From Candidatus Krumholzibacteriales bacterium (GTDB lineage Bacteria; Krumholzibacteriota; Krumholzibacteriia; Krumholzibacteriales; WJIX01): 46,482 nucleotides of DNA. The stretch lies in the NCBI GenBank assembly GCA_046483305.1, contig JAWODM010000042.1, positions 1-46,482 on the forward strand. Reading direction: 5' to 3'. Of this stretch, positions 30,112 through 39,574 are shown one piece after another. The notes under the pieces were generated by a model. It saw only the letters and a program-made list of their open reading frames with translations. It was not told where the DNA came from and searched no databases. The stretch's first letter is position 1; every line of letters starts with the position of its first letter. A program made the position numbers and the translations under genes.

Positions 30112-32397
30112 GTGGAAATGGGAAAGAAGGGCGATATTACCCCGAAGGCCATCCGAAACAGCAAAAAGAACGCTGGGGAAAACCACCAGAGCCGGGAACC
30201 GGGACATGCCATTGTGATTATCGAGGAACCGCCGGGAAACCCCGAGCAGATTGCCCGGTTGATAAAAAATATGCCTGACGGCCGCAGAGCCTCCTTTATT
30301 ATCAAACTCAATGATGTCAATTCCGCCGGCGGGATCAGCGGGCTAATCGAAGAACTTACCGGGCTATCCACAGTAGAGGTAAAGGGAATGGCCTCAATCG
30401 AATCCGGTTCAGTCTATCTGATCCCGCGGGGAATCATATTTTCGGTCACAGAGAGCAAAATACTGGCGTCCGGCGTAGAGGAGATTAACGTCCCGTCAGC
30501 CGGAGAAACCGGGGCCTTATTCGAAGAAGGCCTGAGACTTCGTTCCGGCATCCTGGCACGGATAAATGACGCCGTCATTTCTGTCGACAATGATGAGAAG
30601 ATAACCTTTTTCAACCCCGCCGCTGAAAAGCTCTATAAGGTAAAGGCCGGGGATGCCCTGGGAAGCAAACTCAGCGACATCACCCATTACCGGTTTCTCT
30701 CAGAGGAGGAAAAGAATTTCGCTCATCAATCGCTCAGGAAGAGAGGGTTGTGGAAGGGAGAGGGTATTCATCTAAATGCCGAGGGAAGGCAGCTGTACGT
30801 TGAATCGAGTGTCAGCCTGGTCAGGGACAGCGAGGGGAAGGTGATCGGACAGCAGGCGGTTATCCATGATATAACCGCCCGGAAGGAGCTGGAGATCTCT
30901 CTTCAGGAGAAAGAGGAAATGCTTACCAACGCCCTGTACTCTGCCAGAATGTTCGCTTTTGAGTGGGACCCCGAAACCGATGAAGTGGTCCGCACGCGCC
31001 AGTGCGCCGATATTCTCGGTATCAGAGACAACCCCACCAGGGACAGCTCCCGAAACTACTTTGAGCAAATACATCCCGAGGACCGGGAAGCTTTCACCGA
31101 GAAACTCCGGAACCTGTCCCCTTCCAGCTCAACATATTCAACTTCCTACAGAATCAGGCGAAAAGACACAGGGGAATATATAATAATAGGAGAAAAGGGA
31201 GAGGCCCATTTCAACGAAGAGGGAGAAATAATTCGGCTTTCCGGGATGGCATCCGACATCACCAGGCGAAAGCACCTGGAAGAGGAGCTGGAACGGCAGA
31301 ACGAACTCCTGGAAATAGTTTTTGATACCATTCCGGTAATGATAACCATATACGACCCCAAACTCGAAATCTTCTCATTCAACCGGGAAATGAAGAAAGT
31401 GCTGGGCTGGACCGAGGATGACGCAGTGGAAGGGGATTACATGGCAAAGATATACCCGGACCCGGAATACAGAAGAATGGTCTCCGAATATATGCAATCC
31501 CTGGAACCGGGCTGGCGCGACTTCAAGCTTACGGCCAGGGATGGAAGCGTGGTGGAGAGTTCATGGTCAAATATCCGGCTCTCCGATGACCGGCAGGTAG
31601 GGATAGGAATAGATATCCGGAAGTTCAGGGACGCGGAAAGAGTGCTGGCGCGCGACAAGAGCAAACTGGAAAAACTTGTAAGGGACAAATCGAAGGAAAT
31701 GCTGAGGATTCAGAGAGAGATAAACCGGGAAAACAGGCTGGCCGAGATAGGCAAACTTGCCGCTTCCATCGCCCACGAACTGCGTAATCCCCTGGCGACG
31801 ATCAATATATCCTCGTTCAACCTCAAGAACAAAATCGAGGGGAAAGATCTCCACAAACACCTCGACCGCATCAGGAAGAAGGTTGAAGAATCCAACCGGA
31901 TTATAGATAACCTGCTGTCTTATTCCCGCCTCAGGCCTCCCCGCCGGGAAAAATTCAACCTCCACTCCAAACTGAAAGAGGTTGCCCGGGAAATCCGTAA
32001 CCAGAGAAGATGCACCGGTGAAAATCTTAAGCTGGAGATTGAACCGGTGAAAAATATGGAAATCAGCGCCGATCCCCACCAGCTGGGAGAGGTATTCTCC
32101 AATATTCTTAACAACGCCCTCAATGCCATAGACCCTGAAGATGGAGAAGTTGTCGTCATGGCTCAGGCCGGTAATGGAAAAGCGGATGTAATAATCAGTG
32201 ACAATGGGGATGGCATAGATAAGAATCTACTGGTAAAGGTTTTCGACCCATTTTTCTCCACCCGCGCTCAGGGCACCGGGCTGGGTCTTCCTATCTGCCG
32301 GCAGATCATGAACAATCACGGGGGTTCCATAGATCTGTCCAGCGAAAGGGGAGCCGGCACCACCGTCACCCTTTCCATCCCGGCAGAATCAGAATAA
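30112..32397 (+). CDS. Soluble multi-PAS histidine kinase with a degenerate CheB-like N-terminal region
   Basis: Three PAS/PAC blocks (HDITAR, SDITRR, IDIRK); AHELRNPL; DNGDG; FDPFF; GTGLGL. The start may be ATG 30118. Confidence 0.92.
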   Translation: MEMGKKGDITPKAIRNSKKNAGENHQSREPGHAIVIIEEPPGNPEQIARLIKNMPDGRRASFIIKLNDVNSAGGISGLIEELTGLSTVEVKGMASIESGSVYLIPRGIIFSVTESKILASGVEEINVPSAGETGALFEEGLRLRSGILARINDAVISVDNDEKITFFNPAAEKLYKVKAGDALGSKLSDITHYRFLSEEEKNFAHQSLRKRGLWKGEGIHLNAEGRQLYVESSVSLVRDSEGKVIGQQAVIHDITARKELEISLQEKEEMLTNALYSARMFAFEWDPETDEVVRTRQCADILGIRDNPTRDSSRNYFEQIHPEDREAFTEKLRNLSPSSSTYSTSYRIRRKDTGEYIIIGEKGEAHFNEEGEIIRLSGMASDITRRKHLEEELERQNELLEIVFDTIPVMITIYDPKLEIFSFNREMKKVLGWTEDDAVEGDYMAKIYPDPEYRRMVSEYMQSLEPGWRDFKLTARDGSVVESSWSNIRLSDDRQVGIGIDIRKFRDAERVLARDKSKLEKLVRDKSKEMLRIQREINRENRLAEIGKLAASIAHELRNPLATINISSFNLKNKIEGKDLHKHLDRIRKKVEESNRIIDNLLSYSRLRPPRREKFNLHSKLKEVAREIRNQRRCTGENLKLEIEPVKNMEISADPHQLGEVFSNILNNALNAIDPEDGEVVVMAQAGNGKADVIISDNGDGIDKNLLVKVFDPFFSTRAQGTGLGLPICRQIMNNHGGSIDLSSERGAGTTVTLSIPAESE

Positions 32398-32470
32398 CAG
32401 GCCCGGCAAAGCATGAACTTTTCCAGAGAAATCTGATACTCCGGGCGCATTACCGGGAGCCGCTCGATTC

Positions 32471-32755
32471 TCATTCTGTTACTTCCACGCCTCTCCAGAA
32501 TGCTTTGTAGTTCTTTATCTTTTCAGCCGCCGGCTTGGGGTCGGGGTATCCCCAGGCAGCGGCGCTGTTGCGCCTGTCGCCGACAACAACGTCGTAATAC
32601 CGGGTTTCCCCCTTCCAGGGACAGGTATAATGCTCCTCGTTATTCTCTTCCAGAAACTCCATATTTACATCCCCGGGAGGGAAATACTGATTTCCCTCTA
32701 CTTCAATGGTATTATCGCTCTCGGCGATAACTTCTCCGTTCCATACAGCCTTCAT
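32471..32755 (-). CDS. DUF427 domain protein
   Basis: MKAVWNGEVIAES...VEGNQYFP...CPWKG...AAWGYP...AFWRGV. Confidence 0.92.
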   Translation of the reverse strand: MKAVWNGEVIAESDNTIEVEGNQYFPPGDVNMEFLEENNEEHYTCPWKGETRYYDVVVGDRRNSAAAWGYPDPKPAAEKIKNYKAFWRGVEVTE

Positions 32756-32876
32756 AAAATACCCCTGGTTAAAGTATCCACTCCCCTATTCAATACCGGG
32801 ATGGAAAAGATTGCGCTCTTTCGAGGTTGACACATCGCCGGAGATCCTGAAATCACAACAATAATTTTCCCTTCTA

Positions 32877-33179
32877 TTATTTCCTTCCAGAAACGATTCT
32901 CCGGATAAACAGCTCCGCACGGTCCAGCAGGCGCGAGAGAGTTTTCGACCTTCCGGCCAGCAGGGCCAGGCCCGCGAATATTATCAGCCAGCCGGGGCCC
33001 GGGATAAACCAGAGCAATACTCCCAGCGGAATCAGAGTTATCCCGATTATTATCTTCAGAAACTTTATTGCCCCGGAGGAGGGGGCCCGGTATTCCCTGT
33101 AGCTGTAGCGGGCCTGGAAACGGTTTCCTGCCCGGTTTTCTCTTATTATTTTCCAATCTTTCTTCAGCTGTTCGAACAC
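32877..33179 (-). CDS. PGPGW-domain membrane protein
   Basis: LLWFIPGPGWLIIFAGLALL; probable GTG start at 33179 after GAGGGGG. Confidence 0.8.
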   Translation of the reverse strand: MFEQLKKDWKIIRENRAGNRFQARYSYREYRAPSSGAIKFLKIIIGITLIPLGVLLWFIPGPGWLIIFAGLALLAGRSKTLSRLLDRAELFIRRIVSGRK

Positions 33180-33319
33180 CCTGGCCCCCTCAGACATCGC
33201 CAGCCCCACTATCAGGAGAAGAGCCATGATGGCACGCAGTCCGGCTCTTCACTCCTTATCATTACATAGCCCTTTGATAGAACGGTCAAGGGATATTTGG
33301 CCATTTGCAACACCGTTCA

Positions 33320-33357
33320 GTAGAAATGAATCAGATAAAAGTGGAGCTCCGCCATTC
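33320..33357 (+). promoter_or_regulatory. Regulon box copy, upstream of the PRTase gene
   Basis: GTAGAA-ATGAA-TCAGATAAAAGTG-GAGCTCCG-CCATTC; -35 TTCAAT, 17 nt, TATCAT (33378-33383). Confidence 0.62.
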
Positions 33358-33465
33358 AATGACGAACCGGTTTGAGTTATCATTGTGCTTTAAACTGGCG
33401 CAGCGTCAGCTCAATGCGGACCGGCATAAACCACGCCGGTCACGCAGCGGGAGAAAGGAGAATAA

Positions 33466-34116
33466 ATGTTCAGGGACAGGAAAGATGCGGGCGAAAGGCT
33501 GGCAGATGCCCTGGAAAAGGAATATTCCGGCGAGGATACAGTGGTTCTGGCCATTCCCAGGGGAGGGGCTGAAGTAGGATACAGGGTGGCAAATCGCCTT
33601 AAATCTGAATTTTCCCTTCTGATATCGAGAAAACTTCCCAACCCGGATAATCCAGAGACCGGCTTCGGAGCGATCGCCGAGGGAGGAGAACCGATAATCC
33701 TGAGGCATGCGGCGCTGCATTTATCGGATGAGGCCATTAACAGAATTATCGCTGAGCAGCGAGAAGAGATCGAGAGGAGAATAGAAGTCCTGAGAGAAGG
33801 AAACCCTCTGCCTGACATTAAGGGAAAAACCGTAATACTGGTAGATGACGGCCTGGCCATGGGCTCCACCATGCGGGCCGCCATAGCGGCATGCAGGAAA
33901 CAGAATGCCGGAAAAGTTGTTGTGGCGGTTCCGGTATCAGGGCCCCGGGCGGCCAGTGAGATAGAACGGCTCGCGGACGGGGCGGTGATTCTGGAAATAC
34001 CCCGGTTCTACCGGGCGGTTGCGCAGGTATACCACGACTGGTACGACGTTCCTGACGAGGAAGTACTGGAAGTCATGGAATCGGCTGAACAGCTGCGCGC
34101 GCCAGGCCCTCCCTAG
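33466..34116 (+). CDS. Phosphoribosyltransferase-family protein (MFxDRxDAG type)
   Basis: MFRDRKDAG, LAIPRGG, PRPP loop VILVDDGLAMGST, VVAVPV. Confidence 0.92.
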   Translation: MFRDRKDAGERLADALEKEYSGEDTVVLAIPRGGAEVGYRVANRLKSEFSLLISRKLPNPDNPETGFGAIAEGGEPIILRHAALHLSDEAINRIIAEQREEIERRIEVLREGNPLPDIKGKTVILVDDGLAMGSTMRAAIAACRKQNAGKVVVAVPVSGPRAASEIERLADGAVILEIPRFYRAVAQVYHDWYDVPDEEVLEVMESAEQLRAPGPP

Positions 34117-35279
34117 AATCTGAATACCGCCGCGGCATGCTCCGCGCCGCCGGGCATATGTTCATCTTCCACGGCGAAAACGTCACCTCCATGGAATAAG
34201 GTCTGAACCGCCGACAGGTCTATCAGATCGTCGCTGGTAATTTCCTTTTTATCCCCGATCTTCATCTCGCCCGAATCCGGATTGAATTTTCCCCACACGT
34301 GTTTCTCAACCGGCACGAACAGGCTCCGTACCCTGCCGAAACAGGCTGCCGGAACCACCTCTTCAAGGTTCGACGAACTGTTTCCCTGATTCCTTCCGGC
34401 CAGAGCCAGGTATTCCTCAGCCGCTTTCTCCTGTTTCTGCCTGAAACCGGGCCTGACCAGCTCCCAGCCTTCCCGGCGGAGCTGCCCGGGGCTCTTGTTC
34501 TCGGTATTTCCCGGTATGCCGTCTTCCAGCAGAAATGGATACGAGTTGACCTTCCGGTAAAGGGGGAGCAGATAATCTACTCCGGCCAGGACCAGGGGGC
34601 TGTTCTCGCTGCCCAGTAGAGATTTTACCCCCTTGTCCACTTTCTGGAAAAACTGCAGTATATATTTTTTGTCCTCGTCCCTGGCAACCCCCTGGCCGTG
34701 AAATGTCGGTTTGAACTTTACCCTGCTTCCAGGAGAGCTGACCCCGCTGTGATACTGGATCTGCCTTTCCGGATCGTCGTATTTCATCGATTCTTCCAGA
34801 GATTCCGGCATGTTTTTGAGCCCGAGCCTGCTGATACTGTAATGGGTCCCCTGAAAAAGCTGAAGGCCGCTGAGGTTCAACGCCAGAAGGTAGAACCTCC
34901 CGTCATTGCTCAGCATCGGCATTACGGGTTTCAGGTGAAACCTCCTTCCGGTCAGCGCCAGCGGCTCAAATTTCAGCGGCAGCCGGTGATAGCTGAAACC
35001 ATCCTCTGAGATAAAAACAGCCAGCCCGTCAATCTGATCCCTCCAGAAAGCTGAATCGGCCAGCAGCTGGTTCGGCCCTTCCAGCAGGCTGTCGATCTGA
35101 TCCCTTCGAAGGCCCGATTCCCTGAAACCCCTCTCTACTTCCCTCAGAAGATTCTTGAAGGTTATCTGATTCTGGTCGACATCCCGGCCGGCCCTGAAAG
35201 TGGGAAGATAAATACTGGCGCAGGTGCCTTTCTCCTTTTCTACCAGTTCCTTGATATCCTGTTTTGAAAGTATATTCAT
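34113..35279 (-). CDS. Bacterial archaeo-eukaryotic release factor (baeRF) family protein, Balon-like
   Basis: SIYLPT...FKNLL...FW..QxDGLAVF...RFHLKP...FYLLAL...PLVLAG...GRVRSLFV...AAVFRF; no GGQ. Confidence 0.82.
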   Translation of the reverse strand: MNILSKQDIKELVEKEKGTCASIYLPTFRAGRDVDQNQITFKNLLREVERGFRESGLRRDQIDSLLEGPNQLLADSAFWRDQIDGLAVFISEDGFSYHRLPLKFEPLALTGRRFHLKPVMPMLSNDGRFYLLALNLSGLQLFQGTHYSISRLGLKNMPESLEESMKYDDPERQIQYHSGVSSPGSRVKFKPTFHGQGVARDEDKKYILQFFQKVDKGVKSLLGSENSPLVLAGVDYLLPLYRKVNSYPFLLEDGIPGNTENKSPGQLRREGWELVRPGFRQKQEKAAEEYLALAGRNQGNSSSNLEEVVPAACFGRVRSLFVPVEKHVWGKFNPDSGEMKIGDKKEITSDDLIDLSAVQTLFHGGDVFAVEDEHMPGGAEHAAAVFRF

Positions 35280-35303
35280 TACTTTATCATCTCCTGTACA
35301 TTC

Positions 35304-36092
35304 CTAGCCCTGGCATTGGGGGCACAGGTAGGTGCCCCTGCCGTTGACCTTTATCTTTTTTACAGTTCCCCCGCATCGCGGACAGCTTCTACCCTCCTCG
35401 CGCCCCGGGATAATATATCCCCGCGGGAGATTGTCCGGGTCCGCCTTTCTATCGATAGCGGTCTTGAGGACTCTCCTCATTACCCTGAATATCCTCTTCA
35501 TCTTTTCATCGGATATGCTTCCGGCTTCCCTTTCCGGATGCACCCCTGCCTGAAAAAGTATCTCATCGGCGTAAATATTGCCGATACCGGCTACCGCGCT
35601 CTGGTTCATCAGCGCGGTCTTTATCATCCCCCTCCTGTCCCTCAGGACTTCAAGGAAGCCGGAAAAGTCCAGTTCCGGGTCCATGGCGTCGACTCCCAGC
35701 TTCTTCTCTTCGGCTATCGATTCCATATCATCGGCGAGCCTTACCCTGCCCAGTTTTCTCTGACAATCGTAAGCCAGATTGTATCCGTTGGAAAATCTGA
35801 AAAGTATCCTGGTATGAGGCGGTTCCTGGCCGTCATTCTTATAGTACTTCAGGAATCCGGTCATCCCGAAATGGAGCATCAGACACCCCTCTCCGTCCAT
35901 CTTCACGAAGATATATTTGCCCAGCCTTTCGGAAGAATCGAATTTCCTTCCCCGAAGCGCCGAGCTGAATTTCCTGCCGCTTACCTTTCGAAGCACCCCG
36001 GTATCTCTTACCTCGGCACGCTCAATTTTCCTGTGCAGCGATGTAGCGTCCAGGTACCTTCTGAATGTTTCAACATCGGGCAGCTCGGGCAT
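35304..36092 (-). CDS. mutM: Fpg/Nei DNA glycosylase/AP lyase
   Basis: MPELPDVE, RLGK, HFGMTG, AGIGNIYADE (H2TH), CPRC...CPQC zinc finger. Confidence 0.93.
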   Translation of the reverse strand: MPELPDVETFRRYLDATSLHRKIERAEVRDTGVLRKVSGRKFSSALRGRKFDSSERLGKYIFVKMDGEGCLMLHFGMTGFLKYYKNDGQEPPHTRILFRFSNGYNLAYDCQRKLGRVRLADDMESIAEEKKLGVDAMDPELDFSGFLEVLRDRRGMIKTALMNQSAVAGIGNIYADEILFQAGVHPEREAGSISDEKMKRIFRVMRRVLKTAIDRKADPDNLPRGYIIPGREEGRSCPRCGGTVKKIKVNGRGTYLCPQCQG

Positions 36093-36299
36093 TTCCTTTT
36101 CCTCCGCTTTCGGTACCGAAAAAGCAAAACCGGGAATAAATTCCCGGCCTTTCCGTCATGTTAACAGTCTGTTTTCCCGGTTCGCTGATAAAAGTTCCGA
36201 TCTGCAGCTGCACTAAATAATCTTCTCGATTCATACCCCTCACGCATCTTGAGTTACCGTTCCCGGGGAGGCAATCATACAACCGTCCTCCCATATATT

Positions 36300-36328
36300 A
36301 AAATATCCCATGACCGGCTGTCTGTCAA
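36300..36328 (-). promoter_or_regulatory. Sigma70-type promoter facing fpg/baeRF, divergent from the tRNA promoter
   Basis: Minus strand TTGACA-N17-TATTTT. Confidence 0.45.
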
Positions 36329-36395
36329 GCGGAGCGGCCCGGGCCGGCCTTTTAGAGCAGTAACTCAATGCGTCCGTGCGGCGGCCGCTATTGTC

Positions 36396-36424
36396 TTGAC
36401 AAGAGGGCATCCGTTGTTTATTCT
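36396..36424 (+). promoter_or_regulatory. Sigma70-type promoter of tRNA-Leu
   Basis: TTGACA-N17-TATTCT, about 30 nt before the tRNA. Confidence 0.7.
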
Positions 36425-36453
36425 ATTTGCATCAAAATATTCTGATTTTAATC

Positions 36454-36536
36454 GCCTGAGTGGTGGAATTGGTAGACACGCTGTGTTCAGGACGCAGTGG
36501 GGAACACCCGTGGGGGTTCGACTCCCTCCTCAGGCA
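36454..36536 (+). tRNA. tRNA-Leu(CAG), CCA not encoded
   Basis: Acceptor stem GCCTGAG/CTCAGGC plus A; D loop GGAATTGGTAGAC; anticodon arm CTGTG-TTCAGGA-CGCAG; long variable arm; GGTTCGACTCC. Confidence 0.95.
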
Positions 36537-36569
36537 TTTTTTTAATTCCTCTCCGGGAGGCGTTCAGTA

Positions 36570-36968
36570 ATGGAAGATATATCGGTAACATTTCCGGGCA
36601 ACAAGAAGGTCAGGGCCAGCTACATGGGCAACATCATAGAGAGCGACCAGAGAAAAGAGCACGGGGGAGACGGCTCAGCCCCGCCTCCCTTCGATCTGTT
36701 CCTGGCATCCATCGCCAACTGCGGCGCTACTTACATCATATACTTCTGCCAGAAAAGGGATATACCCCTGGACAACATACGGCTGATCCAGAGAATGGAC
36801 AGGAACGACGAAACCAGAATGATCGAAAAGATAAGCCTGATAGTTGAACTGCCGGAGGATTTCCCCGAAAAGTACCGCCAGCCCCTTCTCAAAACCATTG
36901 ACCTCTGTACGGTCAAAAAGCATATCCTGGATGCGCCGGAGTTCGAGCTGACCACCGTAACCGCCTGA
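36570..36968 (+). CDS. OsmC-family protein
   Basis: SDQ...GGDGSAPPPFDLFLASIANC...CTVKKHI; two conserved Cys. Confidence 0.88.
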   Translation: MEDISVTFPGNKKVRASYMGNIIESDQRKEHGGDGSAPPPFDLFLASIANCGATYIIYFCQKRDIPLDNIRLIQRMDRNDETRMIEKISLIVELPEDFPEKYRQPLLKTIDLCTVKKHILDAPEFELTTVTA

Positions 36969-36993
36969 ACGAAATTCTAACGCAATCTCACGA

Positions 36994-39411
36994 TCAGGGG
37001 CACTGCGCGTCGGGTATCCCTCTGAGATACCTCTCGAAGTGCCTGGTAATCTTCCTGAAAAGATGAATCCTGCTGTCATCCGATCTGATTCCGTGGCGCC
37101 CGCCGGGATAGAACATCACCTCGAAATCAACTCCTGAGGCTATCATCGCATCCACCAGCAGTACGGTATCCTGGAAGTGAACATTGTCATCGAGCATTCC
37201 GTGGATGATCAGAAGATGGTTTTTGAGATTCTCAGCGTAGGTCAGAGGATTGCCCTTTTTATAGGCATCCGCGTTCTCAGAGGGGATCCCCAGCCTCTCT
37301 TCGGTGTAGTGGGTATCGTAATTCTGCCACCTGTTGACCGGCGCCACCGCTGCTCCAGCCCTGAACGCCTCAGGTTTCTTGAGAAGAGCAAGAGTGGTCA
37401 TGTAGCCGCCGTAGCTCCAGCCCCATATACCTATCCTTTCCGGATCTACCGCGGGAAGAGACTTCAGCATTTCCAGGCCGGTTATCTCATCTTCCAGATC
37501 GGAGATACCCATGTCGAGGTAAACGTCTGTTCTCCAGTCCCTGCCGTACCCGGAGCTTCCGCGGTAATCCAGGTCCAGTACTATATAATCCTTGCAGTTA
37601 ACCAGGTAAGTGTCGAAGAGCGTCCTCCAGCGCCAGCTCATTGCCACTGACTGCGAGTATCCCCCGCCGTGGACTGATATAATAGCCGGCAGCTTCTCTG
37701 CGCCATATTCCACCGGTTCCCCTGAGATCATCTTCTCTATATCAGAACGCTCAAAACCGGAAGGGAAAAGCGCCAGGGCTGAAATAGTCTTCCCGTCATG
37801 AAGCGAGGGCAGGGTAAAGTATACCGGCGCCGCTATATCCATATCCTTGAGATCCGCTGAAGGCGCGGAGGTGACTCTTCGAAGCCCCCCGGGAACCGGC
37901 CAGTCGCCAGGGGTGCCGATCAGCTGAACGTTCCGGGAATCTTCTTTTTCGCCGCTGGGCCCGCATTCGTTCCCCCTGAGGTTCTCCAGTATATAGATAT
38001 CCCATGGATTAAGCGGGTTGGAGTAAAGCGCCGCCGCTGTCTCAGCGTCCTTCGACAGGTACGAACGGTAATAACCCCGCCCCGGGGTAACCCGGTATTT
38101 ATCCCCGTCCTTCTCCAGGCGGTACAGATGCCTCTCCGCCGTGGATTTCTCAGTGGAGGTGTACCATATATCGCCGTCATCCTCTACCAGCTGGATGGAA
38201 GTGACCTCCCAGTCCCCCCCGGTAAGTTTCTTTACATCCCCGCTCTTCCAGTCATACCTGTATATGTGGTTCCATCCGCTCTCCTCGGAGGTGTAGTAGA
38301 AGCAGTCACCCTCTTCTGACCAGCGGATGAAGGTGTTATGAATATTGACCCATTTCTGATCCCTGACCGTGAACAGGGTATCTGTATTTCCGGTGGCCGG
38401 ATCCGCCGAAAGGAAATGAAGGCTCTTCAGGTCTCTGGGCTCGTAAAGTACCAGCAGTTTCTCCCCTGAGGGGTGCCAGTGAACCTGCGGGATGTATTCA
38501 TCTCTTCTCACTCCGGGAGCTATCCACACTGTTTCACCGGTTTCAATATCGAGGACTCCAAGCCGCTTCTCCCCGTTTCTCCCCCCCGCCACCGGCCTGG
38601 CCTGCTCGCGTACGGTTACAAACTCACCCCGGTAGTCGGGAATCAGAAGATGACCGACCATGCTGACATCGGTCTGGAAGTACGCTACCCTGTCACCCTC
38701 CGGGGACCACCAGTAGGCCCTGTCTATTCCTACCTCTTCGTAATCAACATAATCTCCCAGCCCGTTGTAGAGGGTTTCCGATCCCGAAGTTGTGAGCTGC
38801 CTGGTAATACCGCTTTCCAGGTCCACCATCCAGATATCGTTATCCCTGATGAAGCTGATCCGGCCCCCGCCGGGCAGGAATGCCGGGTCTGTCTCCGAGG
38901 CCTTCGTTTTGAAAAGCCTTTTTACACCGCCGGAATCTACATCCAGCAGAAACAGATCGCCCTTCATGGGAAAGAGGACCTTATCCCCGCCGGGTGACCA
39001 CAGGAATGAGAATATTCCTCCCCCGCTCCTTCGCAGGGTGGAAAGCCTGTCAATCTCAGCCCTGGACAGCACCGATTTGTCAGACTGCTCCAGGGCGGCC
39101 GCCTCGGTTATCTTCCGTACTCTTTTGCTTCGCGTGCTGTACAGGAATATATCATAGTAGGGCTCCCCTTCCCGGTTCCAGATGAAGGCAAACCCGTCCC
39201 CTCCGGGTGACCAGCGAATTCCCCTCGGTGATATGCCGGTCAGCCGCGGCCGCCGGTAGATATCTTCTATGGTAAGACCGCAATCCTCCGCGGCATGTAC
39301 AGACACCGCGCTGAAGGCGTTAACGGCCAGAGCGATTAACAACGCCGGAAGGCAAACCGTTTTTCCGCAAGCGGATCCACGAAAAGATCTTAGAAATCCA
39401 GGGAAATACAT
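36994..39411 (-). CDS. S9 family (DPP IV-like) exported peptidase
   Basis: Propeller WSP repeats, DYRGSSGYG, GWSYGG, HGMLDDNV, YPGGRH. Confidence 0.93.
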   Translation of the reverse strand: MYFPGFLRSFRGSACGKTVCLPALLIALAVNAFSAVSVHAAEDCGLTIEDIYRRPRLTGISPRGIRWSPGGDGFAFIWNREGEPYYDIFLYSTRSKRVRKITEAAALEQSDKSVLSRAEIDRLSTLRRSGGGIFSFLWSPGGDKVLFPMKGDLFLLDVDSGGVKRLFKTKASETDPAFLPGGGRISFIRDNDIWMVDLESGITRQLTTSGSETLYNGLGDYVDYEEVGIDRAYWWSPEGDRVAYFQTDVSMVGHLLIPDYRGEFVTVREQARPVAGGRNGEKRLGVLDIETGETVWIAPGVRRDEYIPQVHWHPSGEKLLVLYEPRDLKSLHFLSADPATGNTDTLFTVRDQKWVNIHNTFIRWSEEGDCFYYTSEESGWNHIYRYDWKSGDVKKLTGGDWEVTSIQLVEDDGDIWYTSTEKSTAERHLYRLEKDGDKYRVTPGRGYYRSYLSKDAETAAALYSNPLNPWDIYILENLRGNECGPSGEKEDSRNVQLIGTPGDWPVPGGLRRVTSAPSADLKDMDIAAPVYFTLPSLHDGKTISALALFPSGFERSDIEKMISGEPVEYGAEKLPAIISVHGGGYSQSVAMSWRWRTLFDTYLVNCKDYIVLDLDYRGSSGYGRDWRTDVYLDMGISDLEDEITGLEMLKSLPAVDPERIGIWGWSYGGYMTTLALLKKPEAFRAGAAVAPVNRWQNYDTHYTEERLGIPSENADAYKKGNPLTYAENLKNHLLIIHGMLDDNVHFQDTVLLVDAMIASGVDFEVMFYPGGRHGIRSDDSRIHLFRKITRHFERYLRGIPDAQCP

Positions 39412-39574
39412 CTTGCCGCCTTTCTCTCAACCAGGTCATCTGACTGATAACCCCCGGAAGCCGGGGAACTCATCATCTACAGTACAACTATTGAACAGTA
39501 AAAGGGGGCGGCAAGTCAACAGAATATGGGATCCTGCCCTTCCGCACCGGTCAACTGCCTGTCCGTTGCGGTTA

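Noticed and set aside
13958..34116. Convergent gene pairs sharing a CTAG double stop (13958-13961, 34113-34116)
   Set aside because: A common compact arrangement; no sign of a special function.
36070..36294. ORF upstream of fpg (MNREDYLVQLQ...)
   Set aside because: Overlaps the fpg start out of frame and has no clear family; at most a decayed remnant.
36454..36536. tRNA-Leu as the attachment site of an integrated island
   Set aside because: No integrase, no duplicated tRNA 3' end seen in the window, and regulon-box genes lie on both sides of the tRNA.
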